From Selenomonadaceae bacterium (GTDB taxonomy: Bacteria; Bacillota; Negativicutes; Selenomonadales; Selenomonadaceae): a stretch of 64,000 nucleotides of DNA. The position numbers and the translations under genes were made by a program. The notes beneath the pieces were generated by a model. That model did no database searches, was not told the DNA's origin, and saw only the letters and a list, made by a program, of their open reading frames with translations. The stretch lies in NCBI GenBank assembly GCA_017476005.1, contig JAFVEM010000046.1:16000-79999 (forward strand). Reading direction: 5' to 3'. The number at the start of each line of letters is the position of its first letter. The first letter of the stretch is position 1. Shown one piece after another: positions 17,290 to 26,573 of this stretch.

Positions 17290-18546
17290 ATGCCCGAAAA
17301 AAATTTCCCTTTGACGGGAGAGCAGCTCAAGGAAATCATTAAGGAATACCCCACCCCTTTCCATCTGTATGATGAAAAGGCCATCCGGGAAAATATACGC
17401 GCCCTGAAGAACGCTTTTGCTTGGGCGCCGGAGTTTAGGGAGCATTTTGCCGTCAAGGCTACCCCGAATCCCCGTATCATACAAATTATGGCGGAGGAGG
17501 GCGCCGGCACCGATTGCAGTTCCTTAGCAGAACTTTACCTGTCCGCCGCTGCCTACGTCACCGGCGAAAAGATAATGCTCACCAGCAACGACACCCCAGC
17601 CGACGAGTTTCAAAAAGCCAGAGAGCTTAAAGCCATTATCAATTTGGACGACATCAGTCATCTGGATTATCTGGATAAATGCGCCGGGATGCCGGAGTGC
17701 CTCTCTTTCCGCTACAATCCCGGGGATCTCATCGAGGGCAACGCCATTATCGGCAAACCCACGGAAGCCAAATACGGCTTGACGCGCGACCAACTCTTTG
17801 CCGCCTACGCTCTCGCCAAGGCCAAGGGGGTGAAACGTTTCGGACTGCACACCATGGTTATCTCCAACGAACTGCGATCCGAAGCCTTCATCTTTACGGC
17901 CAAACTCATGTTTAATTTGGCGGTGGAACTAAAAGAGCGACTGGACATTCATCTGGAATTTGTGAACTTGGGGGGCGGCATCGGGATTCCTTATCGGCCG
18001 GAAGAGAAGCCGGTGGATTTAACCTTCGTGGGCTGGGGCGTGCAACAGGCCTACAATGAAATCCTAGGCCCCCACTGTCTCACGGATATCGCCATCGCCA
18101 TGGAAAGCGGCCGCGCCATGACAGGCCCTGCCGGGTGGCTTATCGCCACCGTCCTCCACGAAAAAAATACCTACAAAAATTATATCGGCCTCGACGCCTG
18201 TATGGCCAATCTCATGCGTCCGGCGCTCTACGGCGCCTATCATCATATCACCGTGGTGGGCAAGGAACGGGAACCCCACGACCATGTTTACGATGTCACC
18301 GGCTCCCTATGCGAGAACAACGACAAATTTGCCATTGATCGCGCCCTCCCCAAGATAGACATCGGCGATATCCTCATCATCCATGACGCCGGCGCTCACG
18401 GTCACGCCATGGGTTTCAATTACAACGGCAAACTCAGGAGCGCCGAGCTTCTCCTGCGAGAAAACGGCGACATAGAGCTTATTCGCCGCGCGGAAACCTT
18501 GGACGATTACTTTGCTACCCTGCGGTATCCGGGAGGGCTGGTATAA
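17290..18546 (+). CDS. lysA: diaminopimelate decarboxylase family (PLP fold-III Orn/DAP/Arg decarboxylase)
   Basis: TPFHLYDE...FAVKATPNP (PLP lysine) ...GGGIGIPY...ESGRAM...CENNDKF; 418 aa. Confidence 0.7.
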   Translation: MPEKNFPLTGEQLKEIIKEYPTPFHLYDEKAIRENIRALKNAFAWAPEFREHFAVKATPNPRIIQIMAEEGAGTDCSSLAELYLSAAAYVTGEKIMLTSNDTPADEFQKARELKAIINLDDISHLDYLDKCAGMPECLSFRYNPGDLIEGNAIIGKPTEAKYGLTRDQLFAAYALAKAKGVKRFGLHTMVISNELRSEAFIFTAKLMFNLAVELKERLDIHLEFVNLGGGIGIPYRPEEKPVDLTFVGWGVQQAYNEILGPHCLTDIAIAMESGRAMTGPAGWLIATVLHEKNTYKNYIGLDACMANLMRPALYGAYHHITVVGKEREPHDHVYDVTGSLCENNDKFAIDRALPKIDIGDILIIHDAGAHGHAMGFNYNGKLRSAELLLRENGDIELIRRAETLDDYFATLRYPGGLV

Positions 18547-18565
18547 AGCGAACGGGCGTACAAAA

Positions 18566-18612
18566 AGCGGCGGAGAATCTGCTATTTTACGCAGACTCTC
18601 TGCCGCTTATTT
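18566..18612. terminator. bidirectional terminator between lysA and thrB
   Basis: AGCGGCGGAGAATCTGC / GCAGACTCTCTGCCGCT stem, flanked by an A-run and a T-run. Confidence 0.7.
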
Positions 18613-18613
18613 T

Positions 18614-19549
18614 TTATGTCCATTCATTCACGATATGTGCGCCCTTGGTATCCACATCTAACACGAGGGCGTTTGCCTTGACGCCGTTCTGAGCAAATCC
18701 TGCTACCATGGCGTCGGCTACCGCCGAAGCGCATTGATCGCGCTCCAAAACAAAGGCACGAATTGTGGGGCCGGCACCGCTTATGACCGCGCCTAAGGCT
18801 CCGGCGTACCGCGCCATGCGAAACACCTCCTGAAGGCCGGGGATGAGTTTGGCGCGATAATTTTGATGCATGGCATCCGTGAGGGAATGTCTGAGATAGC
18901 GTTCGTTACCGCGACACAGCGCCGCCACCAGCATGGAGGCATGCCCCACGTTAAACACCGCATCCTTAAAGGGAATTACCTCCGGTAAGGCTTGCCTCGC
19001 CAGCTTGGTATCCAAAGGAAAATCCGGCACCGCCGCCACCAATTTCAGTTTCACCTTAGGCAAAAAGGAACAGGTGTCAACCTTCCCATTGTTGACAATA
19101 CTGACGGTGAAACCGCCGAAGATGGCCGGACCTACGTTGTCCGGGTGGCCTTCCAGTTCGGTGGCAAATTGCATGATTTCCCGACGATTAAAACGATTGT
19201 CAATCAGCACATTGGCGGCTCTGAGGCCGGCCACAATGGCGGCGGCGCTGCTACCCAATCCTCGGGACAGGGGGATGTGATTTTCCATGCGCATGATGCA
19301 ACCCTGAAAATGATCCTCTTCCTGAGCTTGCTCCAACAAATATTGCACGGAACGCCAAACCATGTTGCGCTCATCTACGGGGATATCCGCCGCTCCCTCG
19401 CCGGTGACTTTTATGTCCAGTCGCGGCTCATGGGTCAGGCTCAGCGTCAACTCGTTATACACGGTACACGCCAGCCCCAAGCTGTCAAACCCGGGCCCAC
19501 AGTTAGCGCTGGTACCCGGCACCCTGATCCGGATGCTTCTTTCTCCCAT
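18614..19549 (-). CDS. thrB: homoserine kinase
   Basis: VPGTSANCGPGFDSLGLA and the GHMP motif LSRGLGSSAA. Confidence 0.9.
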   Translation of the reverse strand: MGERSIRIRVPGTSANCGPGFDSLGLACTVYNELTLSLTHEPRLDIKVTGEGAADIPVDERNMVWRSVQYLLEQAQEEDHFQGCIMRMENHIPLSRGLGSSAAAIVAGLRAANVLIDNRFNRREIMQFATELEGHPDNVGPAIFGGFTVSIVNNGKVDTCSFLPKVKLKLVAAVPDFPLDTKLARQALPEVIPFKDAVFNVGHASMLVAALCRGNERYLRHSLTDAMHQNYRAKLIPGLQEVFRMARYAGALGAVISGAGPTIRAFVLERDQCASAVADAMVAGFAQNGVKANALVLDVDTKGAHIVNEWT

Positions 19550-19555
19550 CTAATT

Positions 19556-20854
19556 TTACCCCCGGTCTTTTTCCACTCTGATCACATTCCTGATATCATC
19601 TACTACCTTTAGCTCGCGCAAACTCGCCAGCGCCTCGTTTAATTTGCGGTGTTCCACTAAATGGGTAATGGCTACTATCTCGGTGCGTCCCTCCACGGAA
19701 GGTTTGGTTTGGATAACGGATTTGAGGCTTACCTGCGCGTTGCCAAAGGCGGTGGCGATATTGCCCAGCACCCCCGGCTCGTCATCCACCCACAGCCGCA
19801 CATAATAACAGGATTCTATCTCCGCAATGGGACATAGCGGTTTGGCGGCGTAACAGGTGCAACCAAGTCCCTCCAGCGAGCCGCCGATTTTGGCTCGCGC
19901 CGCTTCGATAATATCCGCTACCACCGCCGAGGCCGTAGGCAACGATCCGGCTCCGGGGCCGTAGAACATGGCCTCGCCGATAGCGTTTCCCTTGAGGAAA
20001 ATGGCGTTATAGACTCCGTTCACCGCCGCCAAGGGATGATTTTGCGGCAAAAACACCGGGTGAACTCGGACGCTTACCCCTTTACCGGAAATATCCTGCC
20101 CCACGGCTAAAAGTTTCACCGCGTACCCCAAATCAGAGGCGTAGCTGATGTCGTCGGCGGTAATGCGCGTAATTCCCTCCACATAAACGTCCCTAAGGCT
20201 GATTCTGGTATTAAAAGCCAAGGAGGCCAAAATGGCGGCCTTGCGCGCCGCATCCATTCCGGCCACGTCGGCGGTGGGATCAGCCTCGGCGTAGCCCTTG
20301 GCCTGCGCCTCTTGGAGTGCCTGTTCGTAACCGACCTTCGCCTCCGCCATGCGAGTCAGCATGTAGTTGGTGGTGCCGTTTACAATCCCCATGACCTCCG
20401 TTAAACGGTTTGCCGTCAAAGATCTTTTTAAGGGGGCGATGATGGGAATGCCGCCGCCCACGCTGGCCTCGAACAAAAAGGCCACCCGGTGTTTTTCCGC
20501 CATGGCAAACATTTCTTGGCCGTATTCGGCCACCACGTCTTTATTGGCCGTCACAACGCTCTTGCCGGCCTCCATGGCGCGAAGCATGTAGTCTTTGGAG
20601 GGGGTCGTCCCCCCCATGACTTCTACCACCACGGAAATGGACGGATCCTGCAAGATCTCTTCCACATCCTCCACCACGGCCAGCCCTGTAAGTTCCGGGC
20701 GAGTTTTTTTGGCATCTCGTACCAATACCTTGGCAATAACAAGCTCCGTTCCGACTCTGGCCTTGATGGCGGCGGCATTCTCGCGTAAGACCTTAATCAC
20801 GCCGGAGCCAACCGTGCCGGCTCCCAAGAGGCCGATTTTTATTGTATCCGTCAA
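19556..20854 (-). CDS. hom: homoserine dehydrogenase (with C-terminal ACT domain)
   Basis: IGLLGAGTVGSGV NAD fold, and VVTANKDV...GGGIPII; 432 aa. Confidence 0.9.
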   Translation of the reverse strand: MTDTIKIGLLGAGTVGSGVIKVLRENAAAIKARVGTELVIAKVLVRDAKKTRPELTGLAVVEDVEEILQDPSISVVVEVMGGTTPSKDYMLRAMEAGKSVVTANKDVVAEYGQEMFAMAEKHRVAFLFEASVGGGIPIIAPLKRSLTANRLTEVMGIVNGTTNYMLTRMAEAKVGYEQALQEAQAKGYAEADPTADVAGMDAARKAAILASLAFNTRISLRDVYVEGITRITADDISYASDLGYAVKLLAVGQDISGKGVSVRVHPVFLPQNHPLAAVNGVYNAIFLKGNAIGEAMFYGPGAGSLPTASAVVADIIEAARAKIGGSLEGLGCTCYAAKPLCPIAEIESCYYVRLWVDDEPGVLGNIATAFGNAQVSLKSVIQTKPSVEGRTEIVAITHLVEHRKLNEALASLRELKVVDDIRNVIRVEKDRG

Positions 20855-20872
20855 ACTCCTTCGCCACTCCTC

Positions 20873-21334
20873 TCAAGAAAAGCCCATGGTCTGCAAACGG
20901 CGCACCCCATCTGTCTCTTTCAGCTCATCCAGCAAGGTATTCAAATCAACCGTCATTTTGCTGGTTTCGAGGGACACGGTAATGTCGGCTACTCCCTGCA
21001 AGGGCAGACTTTGATTGATGGTGACAATGCTGCCGCCGTTTTTAGCAATGATATGGAGTAAATCCGCCAGCTGTCCCTTGCGGTGTTCCAGCATGACGCG
21101 CAGGGTAACTACCTTTTCTTTGCCCACCACATAGAAGGGATGGACAAAATCCTTGTATTTATAAAAGGCGCTGCGGCTGAGACCCTTTCTTTTCACCGCA
21201 TCGTTAATGGTACGATCTTCGCCGCGACGCAAAGCCTCTTTAACCCGAATGGTTTTCCTGATGGCTTCCGGCAAAATGCCTTCATCCACCAAAAACAGTT
21301 CGCCGGTACTTATGGGCTTTTCTGATCTCCTCAT
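20873..21334 (-). CDS. ACT-domain protein (UPF0735/PheB-like)
   Basis: 153 aa with an N-terminal HTH-like segment and a C-terminal ACT fold. First gene of the hom-thrB operon. Confidence 0.65.
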   Translation of the reverse strand: MRRSEKPISTGELFLVDEGILPEAIRKTIRVKEALRRGEDRTINDAVKRKGLSRSAFYKYKDFVHPFYVVGKEKVVTLRVMLEHRKGQLADLLHIIAKNGGSIVTINQSLPLQGVADITVSLETSKMTVDLNTLLDELKETDGVRRLQTMGFS

Positions 21335-21489
21335 CTGTCATCACTCCGACTTGACTTATTAGCAAAATAAAAGCGCATATCCACCGTAAGCGAATACACG
21401 CCGTCAAAAAGCTCCTCCGGGGGCTCCTATATTCGCCCCGATTCTACCGCAGGTACAAACAAATGTCAATATGGGAAATGGCATTGAAA

Positions 21490-21614
21490 ATATCCCTTCA
21501 AAACCCACATTCAGCAGGACGTTAGCCGTATTGGATTGCTTACTCAGTGATACGCTCTTGTTGAAATTGATTGCATTTATCAAAATATAGTGACCACTTT
21601 ATGAAACGAACGTG
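21490..21614 (+). mobile_element. 3'-end remnant of an ISAs1-family IS
   Basis: 21531-21614 is about 90% identical to 35637-35720 (about 8 mismatches in 84 nt). It still encodes the transposase C-terminal tail LDCLLSDTLLLKLIAFIKI-stop. Confidence 0.7.
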
Positions 21615-21776
21615 CTTTTATCATAGCGCATCACCTCTCGGGCAAAAGATAAAGTCAAAATTTTTTATCTTTACGCCCCACCCAAAATTTTCCCACTTTC
21701 TCCAGAATCAGGCAGGAAAATAAGAATTTAGCCAGAATACATATCTGTGAGAAATTTTTATGGGAGGATGAACAGT

Positions 21777-23066
21777 ATGGGATTGATTAAAGCAGCGATG
21801 GGTGCCGCCAGCGGCGTTATGTCCGACCAGTGGAAGGATTTCATTTATTGCGACAGCATCCCAGCGGATGTTCTCGTCACCAAGGGACATCGCCGCACCG
21901 GTTCGCGCAGTTCCAACCGGGGAGACGACAACATTATCTCGAACGGCTCCGGCATTGCCGTCAACGTGGGGCAGTGCATGATTATCGTGGAATCCGGCAA
22001 AGTGGTGGAGCTGTGCGCCGAGCCGGGAACCTTCACCTACAACAATTCCTCGGAGCCTTCGGTCTTTGCCGGGGAACTGGGGGATTTGGCGGACAACGCC
22101 AAGTCCGTGCTGAAGGAAATGGTCAGGCGTTTCACTTACGGCGGCGACACGGGCAAAGACCAGCGAGTTTACTACTTCAACACCAAGGAGATAATGGGCA
22201 ACAAGTACGGCACCCCGGCGCCCATTCCCTTCAAGGTGCGAGATGACGAACTGCAATTTTCCCAGACCATTCAAATACGTTGCTTCGGCGAGTACAGCTA
22301 TCGCATTGTCAACCCCATACTCTTCTACACCAACGTCTGCGGCAATGTGGCGGAGGAATATCGGCGCAGCGAAATCGAAAGCCAGTTGAAATCGGAGCTA
22401 CAGACGGCTCTGCAACCGGCCATGGCCAAAATTTCCGCCATGCGGATAGGTTACGACGAACTGCCGGCGCATACCATGGACATAGCCGATGCCTTAAACC
22501 AAGTTCTCAGCCAAAAATGGGGCGAAAAACGGGGCATTCAGGTGGTATCCTTCGGGGTCAGTAGCGTAAACATCAGCGAAGAATCCCAGAAGGCTCTCGA
22601 TAAGCTCCAAGAAATGCAAGCGGCCAGAGTAGCCGGCAGTAGCGCCGCCATGATGGCCGGTGTCTTAGGCAACGCTCAAGCGGATGCCATGCGCGCGGCG
22701 GCCGCTAACCCCAACGGCGGCGTGATGGGTTTCATGGGCATGAATATGGCCGGAGGAGCCGGTGGCGCCAGCATCAACAATCTCATGGGCATGGCGCAAC
22801 AACAGCAACAGGCCATGCCCCAACAGCCGGCGGCACCGTCCGGCGGCTGGACTTGCTCCTGCGGCCACGGCGGTAATCAAGGCAAATTCTGCGCCGAATG
22901 TGGCAAGCCCAAACCGGAGGGCTGGACGTGTTCCTGTGGCACCAAGAACAGCGGTAAATTCTGCCAAAACTGCGGCAAGCCTAAACCCGAAGGCCCTTGG
23001 ACTTGCGTCTGCGGCACCCAAAACACCGGCAAGTTCTGCCAGAACTGCGGCAAGCCCAAAGCATAA
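21777..23066 (+). CDS. SPFH/band-7 domain protein (YdjI-like) with three C-terminal zinc-ribbon repeats
   Basis: MGLIKAAMGAASGVMSDQWKDFIYCD is the YdjI / virion-core-like SPFH N-terminus. ATG 21777 lies 9 nt after GGAGG. The C-terminus has GWTCSCG..GKFC..CGKPKPE three times. Confidence 0.8.
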   Translation: MGLIKAAMGAASGVMSDQWKDFIYCDSIPADVLVTKGHRRTGSRSSNRGDDNIISNGSGIAVNVGQCMIIVESGKVVELCAEPGTFTYNNSSEPSVFAGELGDLADNAKSVLKEMVRRFTYGGDTGKDQRVYYFNTKEIMGNKYGTPAPIPFKVRDDELQFSQTIQIRCFGEYSYRIVNPILFYTNVCGNVAEEYRRSEIESQLKSELQTALQPAMAKISAMRIGYDELPAHTMDIADALNQVLSQKWGEKRGIQVVSFGVSSVNISEESQKALDKLQEMQAARVAGSSAAMMAGVLGNAQADAMRAAAANPNGGVMGFMGMNMAGGAGGASINNLMGMAQQQQQAMPQQPAAPSGGWTCSCGHGGNQGKFCAECGKPKPEGWTCSCGTKNSGKFCQNCGKPKPEGPWTCVCGTQNTGKFCQNCGKPKA

Positions 23067-23090
23067 ATTTTTTCGTTAAGGAGTGACAAA

Positions 23091-24194
23091 ATGGCGGCCA
23101 CAGCGGTAAATTACCAGTGTCCGAACTGTACGGCGCCCCTCTCCTTTCAGCCGGGACATGACAAGGTGACTTGCGAGTATTGCGGCGAAGAGTTTGAAGT
23201 AGGCGCCATCGAGGAGATGTTCCGGCAGAGGGAGGCCATGGCGGCGCAAGCGGCTGACGCGAGGGATGCCAAATGGGATACGGCGGCGGCCGGGGGCGAT
23301 TGGGATCAGGCGGATATTGACGCGCTGAAGGCTTTTACCTGTAGTTCCTGCGGTGCGGAAATCGTCAGCGACGGCAACACCATGGCTACGGAATGTTGCT
23401 ATTGCGGCAACCCGACTATGCTCCCCCAACGCTTCGAGGGGATGTTGAAGCCAGACTTCGTGATACCCTTCAAGAAAACCAAGGAAGAAGCCGTGGCGGC
23501 GCTGAAAAAATTCTACGAGGGACGACGGCTTCTGCCCAGCGCTTTTACGGCCAATAATCGGGTGGAATCCATTCAGGCCATGTATGTTCCTTTTTGGCTT
23601 TTTGATACCAAGACGGATGCTTACGCCACTTTCCGGGCGGAAAAAGTGCGCGTCATTGAGACGAACAATGAAACCATCACCGAAACCAAGGTCTATGAAT
23701 GTTTGCGTTCCGGCTCCATGGCTTTTGAGCGTATTCCCGTAGATGGTAGCGAGAAGATGGACGATACCTACATGGAAAGCATCGAGCCTTTTGATTATCG
23801 GGAAATGGTGCCTTTCAGCACCGCCTACCTCACGGGATATTTGGCGGATAAATACGATGTGGATGCCGAACAGTCTGCCCCGCGCGCCGACAAACGGGTG
23901 GAGCGTAGCGCCGTGGAAGTTTTGGAGGGTACAGTGACGGGTTACGACCACTGTACCTGCAAAGAATCCTCCGTGGCCAAGGAACACGGTCAAGTTTCCT
24001 ACGCTATGGTGCCGGTGTGGATTTTAACGACAAAGTATGAGGGCAAGCCCTATACCTTTATGATGAACGGCCAAACGGGTAAAGTGGTGGGATCGCTCCC
24101 CTACGATAAGGGCAAGGCCATGATGTACGCGCTAGTGACCGCCGTCATTATCTGCCCCATCGCTTACTTCATCGCCAAGATATTGCTGACTTGA
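23091..24194 (+). CDS. double zinc-ribbon, C-terminally membrane-anchored protein (YdjG-like)
   Basis: YQCPNCTAPL...CEYCG and FTCSSCGAEI...CCYCGN ribbons, with a C-terminal TM segment MYALVTAVIICPIAYFIAKILL. Confidence 0.7.
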   Translation: MAATAVNYQCPNCTAPLSFQPGHDKVTCEYCGEEFEVGAIEEMFRQREAMAAQAADARDAKWDTAAAGGDWDQADIDALKAFTCSSCGAEIVSDGNTMATECCYCGNPTMLPQRFEGMLKPDFVIPFKKTKEEAVAALKKFYEGRRLLPSAFTANNRVESIQAMYVPFWLFDTKTDAYATFRAEKVRVIETNNETITETKVYECLRSGSMAFERIPVDGSEKMDDTYMESIEPFDYREMVPFSTAYLTGYLADKYDVDAEQSAPRADKRVERSAVEVLEGTVTGYDHCTCKESSVAKEHGQVSYAMVPVWILTTKYEGKPYTFMMNGQTGKVVGSLPYDKGKAMMYALVTAVIICPIAYFIAKILLT

Positions 24195-24208
24195 AGGGAG
24201 GGCGAACT

Positions 24209-25048
24209 GTGCATAGAAAAGAAAAACTCGTCGCTCTCTGCTTAACGCTCATGCTGATTTTGGCGTACGCCGTGGCTTTAGCCGCCCCCAAAGCGACCAC
24301 GGGGAGTCAAGGCGCGGCGGCCACCGGCGCGCCAGTGATAGCTCTTGGAGCCTCCGTCACCGACGAAGCCGGACTACTTAGCGAGGGAGAAAAAAATTCC
24401 CTGACGGCGGCGATACAAAAGGTGGAAAAAGCCCACGGAGTCAGAATCGGTATCTACACCACTAAGGTTTTGCCCCAAGGGTATTCGCCGGAGAAATTGG
24501 CCAATAAGCTCGTGGATGATTACTATAGTGATGCGGCGAATGGCGGCATGGTGTTGATTCTCGCCATGAAAGAACGGGATTGGCATCTCTCCACCAACAA
24601 TCCCATGCGCCAGCGTATCACCGATGACGCAGGGTTTCCCTATCTTCGGGACAGTTTCCTTTCCCAACTCAGCGACGGCAAATACGCCGGGGCTTTTACC
24701 ACCTTGGTGCAAAAAAGCGACGAGATGCTGACTTACTACGAAAAAGAAGGTAAACCCTACGACCCGGCTTCCGAGTTTAACATTTTAGCGGCGGTGGCGG
24801 CAGTCATCATTGCGGCATTGGGAGGCTTTATGGTGCGCGCTTCCATGATAGCCAGCATGAGCAATGTGCAAGCGGCCACGGAAGCCGACACCTATCTGAA
24901 ACGGGACAGCGTCAACATTAAACGAAGCCACGATACTTACCTATTCACCAACGTGACGCGAACGGCTAAGTCCAAGAAGAGTTCCGATAGCTCTTCCGGT
25001 GATGGTGGCGGCGGTGGCAGTCACGGCGGTGGCGGCGGCAAGTTTTAG
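24209..25048 (+). CDS. TPM-domain protein (YdjH/YgcG-like) with a glycine-rich tail
   Basis: Signal/TM segment, then VTDEAGLLSEGEKNSLTAAIQKVEKAHGVRIGIYTT (TPM), a second TM, and the tail GDGGGGGSHGGGGGKF. The GTG at 24209 after GAAGGGAGGG is preferred to the TTG at 24191. Confidence 0.75.
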   Translation: MHRKEKLVALCLTLMLILAYAVALAAPKATTGSQGAAATGAPVIALGASVTDEAGLLSEGEKNSLTAAIQKVEKAHGVRIGIYTTKVLPQGYSPEKLANKLVDDYYSDAANGGMVLILAMKERDWHLSTNNPMRQRITDDAGFPYLRDSFLSQLSDGKYAGAFTTLVQKSDEMLTYYEKEGKPYDPASEFNILAAVAAVIIAALGGFMVRASMIASMSNVQAATEADTYLKRDSVNIKRSHDTYLFTNVTRTAKSKKSSDSSSGDGGGGGSHGGGGGKF

Positions 25049-25082
25049 CAAACAATGACAAAAAATAAATTTTTTAAAGTCT

Positions 25083-25146
25083 ATTAAGGGGTGCAGGGGA
25101 AATTATTTCCCCTGCTGGGGTTTGGGGTGAAACCCCAAAAAATAAA
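25083..25146. repeat. half-copy (left arm, inverted) of the stacked-hairpin repeat (copy B)
   Basis: GGGGTGCAGGGGAAattatTTCCCCTGCTGGGGTTTGGGGTgaaACCCCAAAAAA is the reverse complement of modules 1-2 of copy A. Confidence 0.8.
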
Positions 25147-25175
25147 AGCAAAAATAAAGAATTGAGGTGCGGAAA

Positions 25176-26555
25176 ATGACCGGTGATAAGGACATGGACA
25201 AGGAAGTAGGCAAGGGGAAAGTTAGCGCCCCTGAAAGCGTTGGCGCCGCCAATCGGCAGATATATGCAGAGGCGGCGGAGGCCTTTAAGACGCTGACCGA
25301 GCGGAAGCACAGCAGTCGCAAGCGGCAACTTCATCGCGCCGGGGACAAGGATACTCACTTCTTCTTGATCTTGAAAGAGGGGACTACGCCCAAGCATTTG
25401 GACTATCTTCAGAAAATCCTCATGCTGGCCAAACCGGAGATGCGCGGCCAGCGCGAAATAATCCCTGACGTGGAAATCGACGATGCCATGTACGAGGATG
25501 ACGAGTCCCTGTACGAGATGGAGGACGCGGCCAAAGCCTCACCGGGAACCGGCGACACCGGGGACGACGGGAGCGAGATGGACCCGGCCAGAGCCTTCTT
25601 CCTCAGCGTGGGACAGCAATTCCAACTGGTGGTAACGGGTAGCGCCCCCGAAGACGATGAGGGCAACTATACTCTAAACCGCCTGACTTGGCTCTTTGAC
25701 TATGATATTCCCTTCCAAGGCAGAATCAGCCTGTCTTTCAACCGCGCCATACCGGAGAGCGCCGAGTTCGTGGCGGGCATAAAATATTTCACCGGCCGCG
25801 AGTTCTCCAAGGTGGGTAAATTTTCCAGCGGCCTGGTGTCCTCGCTGTATGTGTTCTTTGCCTTCGCGATACATCGGGAGTACGAGCGGCGCAGCAATGA
25901 GCGCATCAAGGCCAGCCGTTTCAGCGCCCAGATATCGGCCAGACTTTCCGAGTTCATGGATGTCTATGAAATTGAAGGCGATAAGGAAAACTTCAAGAAG
26001 ACGGTTTTAATACCGGCCATTGAGGAAATCAACAACGCCGATTTCGGCAAATTCCTTGTCACCCTCGACGAAACGGCGGAAGATGGGGATAAGCTCACTT
26101 TCACGGGGCGGTTTGCCGCCAGTCACCCCTTGGTGGTACATGAAGGCATGGCGAAACTGAATCCCTTGGGCGAGCAGGGCTATGTGGTTTCTAAGGAATA
26201 CCTCCTCCAGAGCGAGTTCCCGTACAATGGCGTTCCCAGTGCCGACGACGTTGGTATCCCGGCGGTGGTGGTATCCTCCGGTGACGATACTTTCAGCGTG
26301 GAGATACTAGATGACAGCCGTAGCGACGATGAGGAAGGGGAAGTCATCAAATTCTCCAAGGTCACTCGGGAAAATATCGGCCACAGCATTTATAGCGGCC
26401 TCTTAGAGTATTTCCCCTCGGCGGAGGACGTGCTGTATTATTTCCAAAGCAAGGCGGCCACTCAAGAACTGCAACGTATCATCAACCGCTACGATATGCT
26501 CAGCGTTACCACGGTAAATCGTATTCGGGCGATACTCGCCAGCGAAGAAGGTTAA
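25176..26555 (+). CDS. hypothetical acidic protein (459 aa from ATG 25176)
   Basis: SD GAGG lies 8 nt upstream and a terminator follows directly. It has very acidic internal stretches. The segment NFKKTVLIPAIEEINNADFGKFLVTLDE...KLTFTGRF recalls the second winged helix of Rep_3-type initiators, which is weak evidence. Confidence 0.7.
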   Translation: MTGDKDMDKEVGKGKVSAPESVGAANRQIYAEAAEAFKTLTERKHSSRKRQLHRAGDKDTHFFLILKEGTTPKHLDYLQKILMLAKPEMRGQREIIPDVEIDDAMYEDDESLYEMEDAAKASPGTGDTGDDGSEMDPARAFFLSVGQQFQLVVTGSAPEDDEGNYTLNRLTWLFDYDIPFQGRISLSFNRAIPESAEFVAGIKYFTGREFSKVGKFSSGLVSSLYVFFAFAIHREYERRSNERIKASRFSAQISARLSEFMDVYEIEGDKENFKKTVLIPAIEEINNADFGKFLVTLDETAEDGDKLTFTGRFAASHPLVVHEGMAKLNPLGEQGYVVSKEYLLQSEFPYNGVPSADDVGIPAVVVSSGDDTFSVEILDDSRSDDEEGEVIKFSKVTRENIGHSIYSGLLEYFPSAEDVLYYFQSKAATQELQRIINRYDMLSVTTVNRIRAILASEEG

Positions 26556-26573
26556 GCTAAAGAAGTAAAGGGG

